Source of the DNA: Flaccisagitta enflata
Lineage: Eukaryota
DNA: 64,000 nt
Direction: 5' to 3'
Assembly (NCBI GenBank): GCA_965153355.1
Contig: OZ231126.1
Coordinates: forward strand, 33,294,001 to 33,358,000
Shown here: piece after piece, positions 11,730-24,232 of the stretch
How the letters are laid out: each line of letters begins with the position of its first letter
How positions within the stretch are numbered: position 1 is the stretch's first letter
Notes under the pieces: model-generated
What the model was told of the DNA's origin: nothing
Databases searched by the model: none
Seen by the model: the letters and a program-made list of their open reading frames with translations, nothing else
Program-made: the position numbers and the translations under genes

Positions 11730-12325
11730 GTAGGCTGATGAAAAATTAGGTTGGTTACTTGATCCACCCATTAATGACCATCCCCAACGTGAACAGAAAC
11801 CACTAATGGCATTTTGAGAACCAACTAAGACCTTTTCAGGCAAAAAAGTGTGAGCCAAATGAGCAGATCAACTTGGTCAGTCTCTAAATTGTGCAAACGG
11901 ACGTCTCTCAGATGGGGATATTTTGCCACATCACTATTTCTGGCAATGTGAGACGGGGCAACTGGCAGATTATCAACCACAAAGACTTCGACGTCATTTA
12001 TTCTGAACTTGTGGTCAGCGAGAGACTGTAAATCAAGAATGGCAACATCGCGGTTGCTTGTGGTAGTATCATCGAGAGATGTTAAAGTTACACACTGCTT
12101 TTTCGTCTCCAGATTCAAACAAGAAGTGAGATGAGAGGTGACAACAGTCTTATTACTGCCACTATCGATTAAGGCATAAACAGGAACATGATTACCATTG
12201 CCATCAAGGGCCCTGATTGCCACTATAGGCCTGTAATAAATGCCATTACCTTTGTTTTCGACGGCAGTGATTGTAGCATGAGCCATGCCAGTCACTGGTG
12301 GAGCAAATTGGACGGGTGGCGCCAT
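11730..12325 (-). pseudogene. pol: BEL/Pao aspartic protease region
   Basis: VYALIDSGSNKT (DSG active site), YPHLRDV and VDLLI, then SRWGWSLMG after a frameshift. Confidence 0.9.
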
Positions 12326-12749
12326 TGGCGGGAGTGCTGCAGATGCAGCAAGTTGCTACAGTTACTTCTGCATCGTTATTTGCGTCCTTTGCGCCATCGT
12401 CGGCAGATGAAACAGCCCCGCCAGCACCCAACATCGTATTACATAATGCTGAGGAAGAGGAGGTAAATGAGTCACAAGAGCTTGACTCACGTCGTGACCT
12501 TGATCTTGATCGCTCACGTCTGGACAGAAAACGCGCTTGGGGAGAATTTATGAATCTATTTGCCGTGTGTAAGAAATCACAGTGCTCGGCATTTAACAAA
12601 TACCCACTGTTTCCAATTTTCGCCAGGTGTGACTTGATATTAGCTTCAACTGTGTCAAAGTCATCCCTACTTTTTTTTAAAGCATCTCTGAAATCATGGT
12701 ATAACTCTTTTAGGCGAGCGAAGGCTTCATCAACGTCGCCTTCTGACAT
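12326..12749 (-). pseudogene. gag: Truncated gag-like region of the BEL element
   Basis: ORF between the 5' LTR and the protease, with a helical-looking N-terminal part. It is much shorter than a normal BEL gag and the call rests on position. Confidence 0.5.
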
Positions 12750-13057
12750 AACTTATCTTTTGCGAAGGAATGACGGTAGGTTCTGTCGCGTGGCTTCGGG
12801 TCCTCTTCATCGCGGGAATTTGACGTGTTCTGACTGTAATATCTTTCTTTGGACTGACTTGGAGAGTATGCGAATAAAACCAACCCGAAATCAAATGATA
12901 AAAGCTTCTATTGTACAAATCCACATTATCCATTGTACAAATCCGTCAGAACCTGAGTTTGACAAATAAGCACTCTTTAGTACATTGGAGAAGAGATAAA
13001 AGCGTCCAATATCAATTAGCAACGGTCAGCATCAATTAGCAACGTTCGTATATCATA

Positions 13058-14316
13058 CACTCTTTATTTTTTTTAAGGACCAGTAAATTTTTTTTGAGCC
13101 TCGGATGTCCTTAAATTATAAAAAAATTGAGGCTGAAATGTTCTTAAAATGTCCTTGATTTTTTCTTCGCAAGGCAAGTATCTAACTATTGTCAAATGTA
13201 ACTATACCTAACTAAATAAAATTTTAAAAAATAGATATGACAAATTGGTTTTGAAAGAAAATAAACTTTTCAAACTAAAAACACATACAGTGGGAACCCG
13301 ATTTAACGTCCTTGAAGGGACCAGGGTATTTTGGACGTTAAATCCGAGTGTTGTTAAATCCAATTCTATCATTTCTACTAATTTTTCTTTTTACTTATTA
13401 TATTTAAGGAAAAAATCATTGATATTCTGGGCCTACTTATTTAAAAAATAAGAAAAAAAAAACAAAAAGAAAAAAATTATTTAGGGGGATTGCAAAATCA
13501 AAGAATGTAATGGATGATAAAGAATAATGCAATTTTAGCAATTGTATTACTGTAGCTATAATAAGCATTAACACATAGATAATGGCAATTCAATATAACA
13601 GTCCACATTATGAAAAGAGACTTTAACAATGACAGAAATCACACTGTACCTTGATAGGCGAGTGGAAGGATTGCATGGAATAGATAAAAAAAACATTTAG
13701 TGATTCGTTTGAATGAATGAATGAATTTAATTCTCGAAGCGATCAAAATTACAGTGTGTATAAAAGGTTTGATCCGAAGGATAGTCTGTAAAAGATTGAG
13801 TGACTTTTTTCCAACAGAGTCCTCTATGCTTTAATAAGAATTGAATTTGTAATGAAAGATTGATGGTGCAAACACGATTGTTTCAGTAAAAATGTTTCCA
13901 TGGATGAGAGATGTAGAAAGTCATCTTGTCGCGCAGAGGTTGACATCGATGGTGCATCAGGTTCAGATGTTTCATCATCTGACTCGGGATTCTGTTCCTC
14001 ATTCTCTGCATTCAAGTCATCTCGCAATGACGCAAGAATAGACTCGTCCCGTCCGTTTCTGTTTGTCCAGTGCCGAGGTCGCAAACAACGTTTAGATAAT
14101 CGCTGAAGGTGAGAGACGGATCCAACTGCAAGCGCTTGCGCAAAATGGCAAGAGGAATGTCATCATCATCAGGGTCCTCGGTTTCAGAGTCAGGGCGTAG
14201 CACCACAATTGGATCCGATGCTGCCGAGTCTCCCCAAAACTTTCGGAAGCATTTGGTGATTGTCTCTGGAAGGACTTGGTACCATGCGGCGGCATTTTGA
14301 GAACATTAGCTGGTGT

Positions 14317-14386
<70 letters not shown>

Positions 14387-14866
14387 GTTCCCATATCGGA
14401 GCCCTTACCGCCGAAATCCTATGGTGGCAGGTCAGAAGGTCGATAAATCGGAAGAAAGTGGTCATTGGGACCAAAAATTATGGACTGTCAATAGGGTTTG
14501 GACGTCGAATCAGGTGACGATGAATCGGAAGAAATTAACACTACAAAAGCCTATGAAAACTTGGGACCTGACTATTCATGACGAAGAATCCGAAATGATG
14601 TTGAATAGGGTGACGAAAAGGCAGTAGCCAACTGTATCAACAATTCAACATAAAGCAGGTTCTTATGAAAACTATCACAGCACTTTTTTTCTAACACTGC
14701 CAATCTTCTTGAAAGTCCCGACGTTGTAAGGGCAGTCAAATGAGCACAAGATTTTTGCTAAGGTCTTATCTGAGGCTGAGCCTTGTCCTTAAAATGTCCT
14801 TAATTTTTGGCTAAATCTCAGCCTCAATGTCCTTATAAACTTTGTCCTTACTCAAAATAAAGAGTG
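13058..14866. mobile_element. TA-TSD DNA transposon (Tc1/mariner-pogo type) inserted in the BEL 5' LTR
   Basis: TIR CACTCTTTATTTT....AAGGAC / GTCCTT....AAAATAAAGAGTG. TA on both sides. Repeated subterminal GTCCTTAA and TGAGGCTGA motifs. Confidence 0.9.
13288..14530 (-). mobile_element. Nested Tigger/pogo-like remnant with a transposase C-terminal fragment
   Basis: TA-CAGTGGGAACCCGATTTAACG terminus and GGGACCA...GGAC subterminal motifs at both ends. Minus-strand DDDDIPLAILR...TFSDYLNV...DESILASLR plus an acidic tail resembles pogo/Tigger C-termini. The right end is degenerate. Confidence 0.6.
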
Positions 14867-15550
14867 TAAGCAACATCAATACTTACACTTAGCGCCCTCA
14901 AACGCAACTCTCGACTTGCGAAGGCTCGCTCAGGTATTTATATCAGAAACAACGATGACGTCACAGACACACAGCACGCTCAACGCGAGAGGTAAGGAGA
15001 GAAAGCAGGTCCTTTTTTAATGAGACACAGATCACCAGGCACGCATCACACAGATCAAACATCACACTCCGCGTGGATTGAATTTGCTACTAATATTGTG
15101 ACATAGATGGACGAACAGACAGATGAGACGAGAAAGAAGAAAAGGAAGCTCTCAAAACACATTTGTCGATAAGCCAAAAACAGCCGAAAAACACGATTTT
15201 TGCACAGGTGGACGGACAGACAGACGGACGGACGGCCGGATGGACGGATGGGTGGAAGGTCAAACCGACGGACCGCCGGAGGGACCGACAGACGGATGGA
15301 CGGAAGGACAGACGGACAGACGGGCCACTTATAGAGATGCGTACCTGACGGACGAATCTAAAAAGTAAATTCTAGCGAATTTAAACGAATTTTTGACGGG
15401 AAAACCTGGAGAAAAATTGATTCTCCGGAACTAAGCCAAACTCTCAACTTCAGTCAACTCGGGAATGAAGATTTACGTCTTTCTTCCCTTCGTCCCATTG
15501 TCCGTGTCCGGCTATTATGCCATCTATTGTGTCAGGTGACTCAATAGACA

Positions 15551-15628
<78 letters not shown>

Positions 15629-15763
15629 TTTTTATTTCGTTCCTTCCTCTTAATGCTGTTGTGTGCATAACATGTTCATAACCATTAATCTTTTTTTAGT
15701 CGCAATCAAATGTTTTATCAGTCATCGCAATAATTCATCTTCTTTATTTACTTTCTGTTCTTT

Positions 15764-16255
15764 TTAGTCGCGGACACGCGGACACTCTACACCTTGCCGT
15801 GTCGGTCGGTTGGTGGGTCGGTCCGTCGGTCCATCACATTTTTAGATGCGTCATCGCATCTCTATAAGAGGGTCTGTCCGTCCGTCCGTCCGTCCGTCCG
15901 TCGGTCTGTCCGTCCGTCGGTCCGTCCGTCCGTCCGTCCGTCCGTCCGTCCGTCCGTCCGTCCGTCCGTCCGTTACACCTCTTCTAATATCACGCCGATG
16001 ACGCATCTAGTTGCCCGATCGGGCTTGTTGAATTCCGAGCGGTTTTTGCACCGCCCCTGCCAAACCTTCCGCGACTGGAAAGCCGTGTATCCGGCCTTGT
16101 TTTTAGTTGCGGACACGCAACTCTATAAGAGGCTTTGTCCGTCCGTCGGTCCGTCGGTCCGTCGGTCCGTCACGCTCGAGTTGAAATGTGGGAAAACGCG
16201 CATTTCCGCCCCTGCCCAACCGTCCGCAACTGGTGGCCGTGTATCCGGCCTTGTT
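15764..16255 (+). mobile_element. Cluster of three Helentron-like elements (one nested at 15843-16029, one tandem at 16103-16255)
   Basis: The outer copy matches 1122-1361 and is split at its CATTTTTGAAT T-run by an AGATGCG-type element ending GACGCATCT...GCCCGATCGGGC-TTGTT. Confidence 0.8.
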
Positions 16256-16320
16256 CTTTTCTTCACTTCTACTGTTTCTGTCTTCTTCATTCCTTCCTTT
16301 TCTTTCTCTCTTTCTTTCTC

Positions 16321-16509
<189 letters not shown>

Positions 16510-16789
16510 TTCATATCTCTTTCTTTCGTTCTTGCTTCGTTCCCACATTCGCTTCTTTCATCCTCTTTCTCTCGTCTCCCTTTTCGATGTCATTTTTCTT
16601 CTCCTGTCTTCTGGAGTTAAATCGTGCAAATTTTGAGTGGAATTGGGTCGATTGACATTAAGCATCGACGGGTCTTTCGATGGCTCATTTACAACGCTTT
16701 GAGGCGCGAATGCTCCGAATTACCCGCGTCAATCAACTTTCCAACGTCAACTTAAGACAATATTTTGAAGGAAAAAAAAACAACACAGC

Positions 16790-17062
16790 GGTGGAGACGG
16801 TTGAGGCGAAGGCGGCTACGGGTGCGGCTGCAGCGGCGGCGGTGGCGGTGGCGGTGGCGGTGGCGGTGGCGGTGGCGGTGGCGGTGGCGGAGGTTGTGGC
16901 GGTGGTGATGGCGGTGGCGGTGGCGGAGGTTGTGGCGGTGGCGATGGCGGTGGCGGTAGGGATGGCGGTGGAGGTGGCGGTGGCGGGGGTAGGGGCGGGG
17001 GCCGTGGCGGGGGCGGGGGCGGGGGCGGGGGCGGTGGCGATGGCGGCGGTGGCGGTGGCGGG
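16790..17062. repeat. (GGCGGT)n / G-rich simple repeat
   Basis: Read directly from the sequence. Confidence 0.9.
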
Positions 17063-17187
17063 TCATCTAGCGGTTATCTAGCGGTGATGACGGGAGATCA
17101 TTACATTGCAGAAGAAGTGGAAACGCGGTGAAATGTGGGACAATAGAGTACGTAGGCCATTAGGGTAGCATATGATAGGAAATTCAA

Positions 17188-17440
17188 GGTCACAATATCG
17201 TTGCCGACGGGTGGGCAGGGGCATCCAACCCCCAGCCTAACCCCAACCACACTCCCAACCCCCCTCCAACACACTTACACACAAACAATACTAACTGCAG
17301 CATCCTAAATACGCGTTTTTTCGCGTTTTCAACTCGAGCGTGACAACTCAAGTTTGACGAACGGACCAACGGACCGACGGACCAACGGACCAACGGCCGG
17401 ACAAAGCCTTTTAGTTGAGTTGCGTGAGCCGCAACTGAAA
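17188..17440 (-). mobile_element. Helentron-like element (AGTTGCG subfamily, CGATATTGTGACC tail)
   Basis: Same layout as copies at 19715-19838, 22533-22752, 40400-40592 and 55131-55260. Confidence 0.65.
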
Positions 17441-18405
17441 ATAGAGAGTTATGGATTAAGATTTTCATGAAAACTCGATCAAGGATATTTGTCTTTTTCT
17501 TCATGATTTTTTATCTTTTTTATGGTCTTTGGGTCAGTCAGTCAGTCAGTGCGACATATTGGAGGTAAGACAAATGACGACGGGGGGCTCCCAAGGCCAG
17601 GATTATGAGAAACGATGGTCGGCTTGAACCCGCTCTCAGCCGGTCGATGGGCTGTCGCGAAAATGAGAGCCAGAGTCAACAGCAAATGACAGAAAAGTAA
17701 ATTCAGTTAGAATGGTTATTACAGATGAGTGCCAAAATGTTTTTAGAATGGGGTTTTAAAAGCTTGTAATGATTCAGTTTGTTAGCCTGTAATTTGAACT
17801 GATGATTCTCGTGAAAAGAACATTCATCTTCATTAAGATGAGTCACTATGACCACTGGTCGGTCTTTACTATTATATAATTTGCCAGCGACAGGACTCTG
17901 TCATGAATGTAGCATCCCCCTGGGGCTTCAAATAATAATAGACTCGGATTAAAGCAGTCGGGGACGACAACTTATGAAATCAATCACCGACAACCGATTT
18001 CGTCCAGGCAACTATGAAGTTTATTTTTTTTTTATTTTTTTTCTTTTTTTTTGACTATGAAGTTGCACCAACGGAAAAATTTTTGAAAACTCATTTTTTT
18101 GGATCGCGCTTTCTCAATCCTTACACCAGCGAATAAAAAATTACTTATGCTTGTCTTGATCCTTTCGATTCAGCATCCATGAAATGTATCCCTAAATTGA
18201 CATCCGATAGCTAGAGAATCGACAATAAATCTCCATCATGACAGGCGATAAAGAAGGAAAATTATGAAATGAATTGTAGGAACTGCATTATGCAAATTAG
18301 ACCAGCCTATTTTGGCAATTATGTTTCATAGGAACTTTATTGTAATACCATATTGTTACAAAATATTGTATCTATTCTAAAGGCGCGTGATTCCCCGCCT
18401 TCAAC

Positions 18406-18496
<91 letters not shown>

Positions 18497-18721
18497 CCTG
18501 TGTGTGAGTGCGTGCTTGTGCTCTCTTTTGCGCTGCTGGACATTAAAGCAGCGACGACTTTTATAATCCTCTCCGGTGTTCGTATGCGATCATCGACTTC
18601 GCTTTCCTTACTGCGCAAAAGCAAGTTAAGGCGAATAGAATAGAATAGAACAAAAAATTCATATCTAGAGAACAAGGGATTAAGGTTATCTATGCAACGA
18701 TGGTAGCACTGGAATAATCAG

Positions 18722-18726
18722 ACAAC

Positions 18727-18795
<69 letters not shown>

Positions 18796-18836
18796 CCACA
18801 ACAACAACAACAACAACAACAACCACAACCACAACC

Positions 18837-18879
<43 letters not shown>

Positions 18880-18900
18880 CCACAACCACAACCAAAACAA
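18722..18900. repeat. (CAA)n microsatellite
   Basis: Read directly from the sequence. Confidence 0.95.
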
Positions 18901-20287
18901 CAGTGCCCGTTGTATGTCATAGACGCATGGACAAAGCAATGTTTGTTCGTTTGTTTGTTGTGAGTATGGACTATGGTGAGGGGGTTACAATATTGTCATC
19001 GACAGAATTCAGCGTATCTACATTTTCCAACTTGATCAGTACTTATATTCTGACTAACTGATGGACAGACGGACGGACAAAGCTTTTTATAAAGTCGTGA
19101 CTCTGCTACCGAAAATAATAGTGAGAGAAAAAAATGATAAGCACGAGTCAGAAAGCCGGAAACGGCGAGTCACGTTGCAATGGCGCAGTTTGTCGACGTT
19201 TCGCAAAAACTGCGCAGTTTCTCCTTATCTCATTTCATCTCTCTTTCCTGCTTTATAATCACAAGAAAAAGTTTTATTAGTTACTACGCATTTTAGTAAT
19301 CATGCTCTGGTTTTCCCGTGTCCGAGTCAGCGAGTATAGCATTGAGGCACACTCCCATGAAAATCCTATGTTCTGTCCATTCTCTCAGTTTCCCTCCCCA
19401 CCCCCCCCCCCTCATGAGAATAGATTCAACAATCAATACTTCATTCATCCTTTAGAAGTTGACTTTTAAACATGGTATCCTCTCTATGAAAAAGCCAGCT
19501 GACGTGATTTTCCGGTTTTGTGCATTGATGGATGTCGTGTCCTCTATAAAGTTTCTATTTTCCAGTTCAATCGGATTGTGACATTTCGTAGCAATGGCAG
19601 TAAACAAACTCCCACGAGCAGTTTCGATTTACAATGTCTGCCCATTGGTACATTTCATGCTTTTGTTTAAGCATCGCTCGTTCGTTGTGGCGACGATTTG
19701 GAAGATCCTGCAAACAAGTGACGCGGGGTCACAATATCATTGCGGGGACACACAACCCCGCCACGGACTCGCCACGGACTGACGGAAAGACCAATGGCCC
19801 GGACAAAGTCTCTTAAAGAGTTGCGTGTCCGCAACTAAATAGGACAAAAACCTGACACCCTCGAGTCTTGACACTCCCACTCATACAATCAGAACAGTTC
19901 CCTTTACAACTGGTTTCGAAAGCAAAAACTGCCCTTAAACGCCAAAAAAGTGTGACCGACCAGCCAACCGACCGATGCGATTATCGAGTCGAGTTCACGC
20001 GAATAAAAAGGGAAAAAAAAGAGTAGTTTGAACGGCGAGTATCTCGAATTCCAGACGCGGGCTCACAGTTTAAGCCGATCGGCGGTCTATCAGACTATCA
20101 GAGGGAAGCCCGTCCTGTGTTTGCTTGGCTTAAGCATGATTGGTTACTGGGGATTCCGCGTGACGGCGCATCTCTGATAAAAAAAAAGAAAGAAAAAGAA
20201 CAACGAAACAATTCAAACGCGAAACACGCGAAAAAAGTGGGAAAGTGCCAGTGTGAAGTGTGTAAATGATAATGATAGATTAGCTAA

Positions 20288-20511
20288 TAGATGCGTCATA
20301 GCATCTCTAGATGGTCTTTCATTCGGTCGGTCAGTCGGTCCGTTTATCAGATGGTCCATGTTCATGTTCATGTTCATGTCCATGTTCATGTTCATGTCCA
20401 TGTTCATCGAATTATATGAAAGTTGGACAACATTACTACTCAACAATATCTAAAATATGTCACAGTCTCTCTGTTGCATCGTGGGTATCGAATTGCCCGC
20501 AAGGGCTCGTC
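20288..20511 (+). mobile_element. AGATGCG-type Helentron-like element with internal (CATGTT)n and a 43-bp piece of the 10887-11721 element
   Basis: 5' AGATGCGTCATAGCATCT, GGTC repeats and a 3' GCCCGCAAGGGC hairpin. Confidence 0.6.
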
Positions 20512-20837
20512 TACACGGGTTATGATAACGACTCGTTTGAGTTTTTTTTAAGTGAGGGTCGGGTTTTAGTCGTGGACTAGCGACTCTACAAATGGCTTTG
20601 TCCGTCCGTAGGCCCGTCGCCCCTGTCGTCCCTGTCGCCCCTGTCGCCCCTGTCGCCCCTGTTCAGCCATCTGCAGACAGTCAGGAAGTTGAGTTCAACA
20701 AGTCTCCTTTCCTTACAATGCGTATCAAAGATCTGACAAACACGCCTGCGAGGTAGGAAGAACGTCAACATGATATTCTTAAATCGTGGATCACCATCAA
20801 ATAGGAAGCCAAGGCCATGAATTTTCTAACGTCGATA

Positions 20838-21399
20838 CAGTAGATTTCGTCTAGATTTGAGATAACGGGGGCAAGCATTGTGGAAAGACAAATGAAGGCA
20901 GGAAAGCGATTTTTGGATTATAGATTAATCAAAGGATGCTTAATCCCCTATGATAGCTGGTTGCCATGGAAACATATTTCCATGTATTCTCGCTAAAATA
21001 TCAATATTTTGAGAGATTTTTTTGGGGAACATTGCTTAAATCAAATTTGCTACAACTTTCTCACAGTATGTTCTGTAAGAATGTCGCTCATTTGGCCGTT
21101 GCTAGGGAGCGTATCCATGTGTGACAACCTTTAGCAACCGCTAAACGAGCGACATTCTTACAGAACATACTATGGGAAAGTTGTGGCAAATTTGATTTTA
21201 AGAAATGTTCCCTCAAAAAAATTCTCAAAATATTGATATTTTAGCAAAAATACATAGAAATGCGTTTCCATGGCAACCAGATATCATGGGCAATAAAGCA
21301 TCCCTTTATTAGTTCATGTTTAAAATATCACTCCCCTGGCTTAATTTTTTCTTCTACAATGCATGCCCCCGTTATCTCAAGTCTAGACGAGATCTACTG
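20838..21399. mobile_element. Fully palindromic 562-bp MITE, TA TSD (Tigger/pogo-type CAGTAG ends)
   Basis: CAGTAGATTTCGTCTAGATTTGAGATAACGGGGGCA / TGCCCCCGTTATCTCAAGTCTAGACGAGATCTACTG. The arms pair almost to the centre at ~21120. Confidence 0.92.
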
Positions 21400-21455
21400 T
21401 ATCTAAGTTTAGAAATCATGATTAGAATTTTTACAAAAACATTATTTTTTCTACA

Positions 21456-21744
21456 ACAAGGCCCAGTAGGCCAACGATGCGTCCTCTTTGAATGAACGTT
21501 TTTCATAAATGAATGTGTTTTATGAGTGAATGAATGTTATGAATGAATGAATGAATGAATGAATGAATGAATGAATGAATGAATGAATGAATGAATGAAT
21601 GAGAGAACTTATTAGTACTGCTTTTTTGATGAAAGAGACTCGGATTCTATGATTTTTACGAATGTGTTACCGACAGACCAATAGACCAACCGACCAACAG
21701 ACGGACACAACCTCTTATAGAGATGCGAGGAGGCATCTAAAAAA
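21456..21744 (-). mobile_element. AGATGC-type Helentron-like element carrying (ATTC)n
   Basis: The minus strand starts TTTTTAGATGCCTCCTCGCATCTCTA and ends GACGCATCGTTGGCCTACTGGGCCTTGTT. A relative lies at 22192-22532 on the plus strand. Confidence 0.65.
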
Positions 21745-21757
21745 CGACAAGTTAGAA

Positions 21758-21870
<113 letters not shown>

Positions 21871-23264
21871 GAGAAAGAGAAAGAGAAAGAGAAAGAGAGA
21901 ATTGTTGGTGCACCTTTCACCCACGATTGGAGCGCCGATTTGGGTAATCCAGCGTGGACGTCGGACTGTCGGCGCTCTCTGTTGCCTTCTCCACCTCTCA
22001 AGATCCGAAACCCGCAGCGCCTTTTTCTTACCCAGTTAATCTGGGTTACAACGCCGCATTTGCATTAACCCTTTGTTTTTGGTGCCTCTGCCTCCTCCTC
22101 CTCCTCCTCCTCCTCCTCATCATCATCTTTCTCTTCATCTCTTTCCGCCCACTTTTCCGCGTCCGAGCTCTTCATTCCTTCCTTTTCTTTTCAATGCGTA
22201 CTCGCATCTCTATGATAGGCTGTGTCCGTTGGTCGGTCGACCGGTAACGCATTCATTAGAAACCTCAAAATCATGCATTTTTTCAAAAACAAGGCTAAGT
22301 AGGCCAATATGGTGCGACATATGGATCGTCGAACAAACCGACCGACTGACCGACCAACCAACCGACCAACCAACGGACACAGCCTGTTATAGAGGTGCTT
22401 TGTCGCACCTAAAAAGTGATCCTCACCTAGTGAAAGTAGCATACATTGAATTATTCATTCATAAATGACATTCATTCATAAAAAACGTTGAATTAAAGAG
22501 GACGGATCGTTGGCCTACCGGTTGGCCTTGTTGAGATGCGGACACGCAACTCTACAAGCGGCCTTGTCAGTTGGTCTGTCGGTCTGTCGGTCCATTGGTC
22601 TGTAGGTCCATGAGCTTGAAAAGTGGCATAACAAGCGTTTTTGATGTTTTTTGTGTGTATGTGTGTCAAAAAGGGAGGGGGGGTTGGGGTGTGGATGAGA
22701 GTTGGACGCCATGCCCACCTCTCCACAACGATATTGTGACCCCGCGTCACTTTTTTCTTTTTGTCTTTTTCTGTCTTTCTGAAATAATATAATGTTTTTG
22801 TCCTTTTCCTTTCCTTCCTTTTCCTCACTTTTCCTCAGTTTTGTTTTTCAATTTCTTTTTCTTACTTTTTCTTTCTTTTTCTTTTTTTGTTTGTCTGTTT
22901 GTTTGTTTGTTTGTTTGTTTGTTTGTTTGTTTATTTGTTTGTTTGTTTTTTGTTTGTTTTTCGTTTTTTCGTTTGTTTCGTTTCATTCTCGATTGTTTAT
23001 GTTTCTTTGTTTCATTGTTTCATTGTTTCATTGATTCATTGTTTCATTGTTTTTTTGTTTCTTTGTTTCTTGTTTCTTGTTTCTTGTTTCTTGTTTCTTT
23101 TTTTCTTTGTTTCTTTTTTTCTTTGTTTCTTTTTTTCTTTGATAGCTCCCTTTTTTCTCTCTCATTTTCTGTCCATTTGTCTTTCTGTCTTTCTTTCCAT
23201 GTACCTGTCTTTCTTTCTCCCTTTCTTTCTTTCTCTCTTTGTTTTCCTCCTTACTTTCTCTCCT

Positions 23265-23304
<40 letters not shown>

Positions 23305-23824
23305 TATTTTTTTCTTGCTTTCTATCTTTCTTTCCTACTTTCTTTCTTTTTATGATATCTCCACGCCTCCATCTAGAGTTTGGGGTTTCAACAAGGATGA
23401 AGGCGTCACGTTTTGCAGACAGATAATTTGTAAAATCTGCAAATGCGTTTTTTATTTGCAGAAGGTTTTTCTAAATATCTGCTATTAGGTCTTTTTAAGT
23501 CTTATGAGGAAAACCTTAAGTTTTTATGATTTTTATAAATAAATTTTCTTTCTAGTTTGAGTTTTCCAACAATATTTTTTTGAGTATTTAGATATTGAAA
23601 CTGGATATTTTTTAATAATTAAGGATCAAACTTGGAATATGCTCTACATTCATAAAAGTTTTTTAGTCTTTGTTGATATTTTCTTTAGCATGTTTTTCCT
23701 TATCAGATTTTTTTTCTCTCTTACTCTCTTTATGTTTCTTTCTCTCTATTCATTTCTTTCCCTCTCTTTGGTTTTATTTTCATTATTTCTTTTTTTTTTT
23801 TATTTGTTTTATTCTTTCTCCTTT

Positions 23825-23855
<31 letters not shown>

Positions 23856-23874
23856 CCTCTCCCTCTCCCTCTCC

Positions 23875-24012
<138 letters not shown>

Positions 24013-24232
24013 ATGCCTTAGCCAGTCACTCTTATTTAAGAATTTTGTTTATACCTACTTTGACTATCATCTATTTTTCTCCCTTTTCTTATTTTTCACT
24101 TATTTTCTTTTTTTCTTTATTTACCCCATTATGAAGATTTATGATTTTACTCAATTCTGAATATAAATTTTACTAAAATATTTTTTCTTTATAATTAAAA
24201 AAAAACTGTTTCTCAAAACTCATTTTGATGCT

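Larger units (their letters stand above)
1606..15066 (-). mobile_element. BEL/Pao-family LTR retrotransposon, decayed and internally deleted, with four nested insertions
   Basis: Two ~400-bp LTRs (1606-2005; 12835-13055 + 14867-15066) begin TGTGATG on the minus strand. Flanks are a 5-bp TSD: CTCCA at 1601-1605 and CTCCG at 15067-15071. A GGGGG purine tract abuts the 3' LTR. Protease, RT, RNase H and integrase-N motifs occur in BEL order. Confidence 0.95.
12835..15066 (-). repeat. 5' LTR of the BEL/Pao element, split by a 1.8-kb DNA-transposon insertion
   Basis: TG...CA termini on the minus strand. The two halves match 1606-1805 and 1806-2005 of the 3' LTR. Confidence 0.92.

Noticed and set aside
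12298-12969. 223-aa plus-strand ORF
   Set aside because: It is an antisense shadow of the BEL gag region and LTR, with no recognisable domain.
16680-17081. Ala/Val-rich and His/Arg-rich ORFs
   Set aside because: They are products of the (GGCGGT)n hexamer repeat.
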